NCBI GenBank assembly: GCA_963793265.1
Contig: CAWBZI010000004.1
Location: 256,001 to 320,000 of the forward strand
Origin: an uncultured cyanobacterium
GTDB lineage: Bacteria > Cyanobacteriota > Cyanobacteriia > Phormidesmidales > Phormidesmidaceae
DNA length: 64,000 bases
Direction of reading: 5' to 3'
Each line of letters begins with the position of its first letter. The first letter of the stretch is position 1. The notes beneath the pieces are model-generated. The model saw only the letters and a list, made by a program, of their open reading frames with translations. It did no database searches and was not told the origin of the DNA. A program made the position numbers and the translations under genes. Positions 63,543 through 64,000 of this stretch are shown in pieces.

Positions 63543-63929
63543 ATGGCTGACCCCCACAACAAGGCTGACATCTACAACATTCATATTCACGACCGGCAAA
63601 AAAATAAGTCTTATACGGTTCAGGTGCCGAGCGATCGCTACATTCTCCAAGCTGCCGAAAATCAAACCGCCGACCTACCTTTTGCCTGCCGCAACGGTGC
63701 CTGTACAACCTGCGCGGTGCGTGTGCTCTCAGGCGAGCTAGTGCAAAATGAAGCGATGGGTCTTTCGCCTGACTTGCGTGAGGAGGGCTACGCGCTGCTG
63801 TGCGTGAGCTATCCGCGCAGCGACTTGGAGGTGGAGACTCAGGATGAAGATGAGGTGTATGAGCTTCAGTTTGGGCGGTACTTTGGTAAGGGTAAGGTGC
63901 GGTTTGGAATGCCGATTGAGGACGATTAA
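63543..63929 (+). CDS. 2Fe-2S ferredoxin with C-terminal extension (Fed2/FdC2 type)
   Basis: CRNGACTTC...LLC; C-terminal TQDEDEVYELQFGRYF. Confidence 0.88.
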   Translation: MADPHNKADIYNIHIHDRQKNKSYTVQVPSDRYILQAAENQTADLPFACRNGACTTCAVRVLSGELVQNEAMGLSPDLREEGYALLCVSYPRSDLEVETQDEDEVYELQFGRYFGKGKVRFGMPIEDD

Positions 63930-63952
63930 GCGTTGTGGCGTAGTTGCTGGAG

Positions 63953-63985
63953 CCCTCACCCCAACCCTCTCCCGAGGGGAGAGGG
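63953..63985. repeat. REP-like small dispersed palindromic repeat
   Basis: CCCTCACCCCAA-CCCTCTCCC-GAG-GGGAGAGGG, a widespread intergenic repeat type. Confidence 0.65.
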
Positions 63986-64000
63986 AGCCGGAGCTGGAGA

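Noticed and set aside
63295..63741. ORFs overlapping tRNA-Ser; possible integration site at the tRNA
   Set aside because: Spurious translations of the tRNA; no integrase or duplicated tRNA 3' end nearby

Overview
Core-chromosome segment of a HIP1-rich cyanobacterium: about 69 GCGATCGC octamers by manual count, plus psbD/psbC, ycf4 and flv1/flv3. It is probably a Leptolyngbya/Nodosilinea/PCC 7335-like lineage (inference). Contents, in order: a polyamine operon (fused speD-speE plus an agmatinase-family gene running off the left edge), a membrane Ser/Thr kinase, two paralogous CBM/malectin-beta-helix proteins, rhodanese, rsmD, flv3-flv1, menF-menD(frameshifted)-menH, ctaCDE divergent from ctaA-ctaB-ABC (interrupted by a PIN module and a pentapeptide gene), valS with a CAAD insertion, fabF-like, cyclophilin, ycf4, psbD-psbC, apt, corA, glgP, ilvC, gatA, glgC, a SepJ-like permease, tRNA-Ser(GGA) and a Fed2-like ferredoxin. 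There are also several TA modules and two Uma2 genes. No CRISPR array, transposase or integrase was seen. The most unusual signals are: (1) a G/T-to-C/A strand-skew flip centred on many HIP1 sites regardless of gene orientation; (2) psbD and psbC un-overlapped by a 100-nt-offset duplication of the psbD 3' end, with a hairpin and an open 38-codon linker ORF; (3) an out-of-frame, synonymously diverged duplicate of the 3' end of the malectin gene; (4) a putative RHH-TM-M23 fusion protein.
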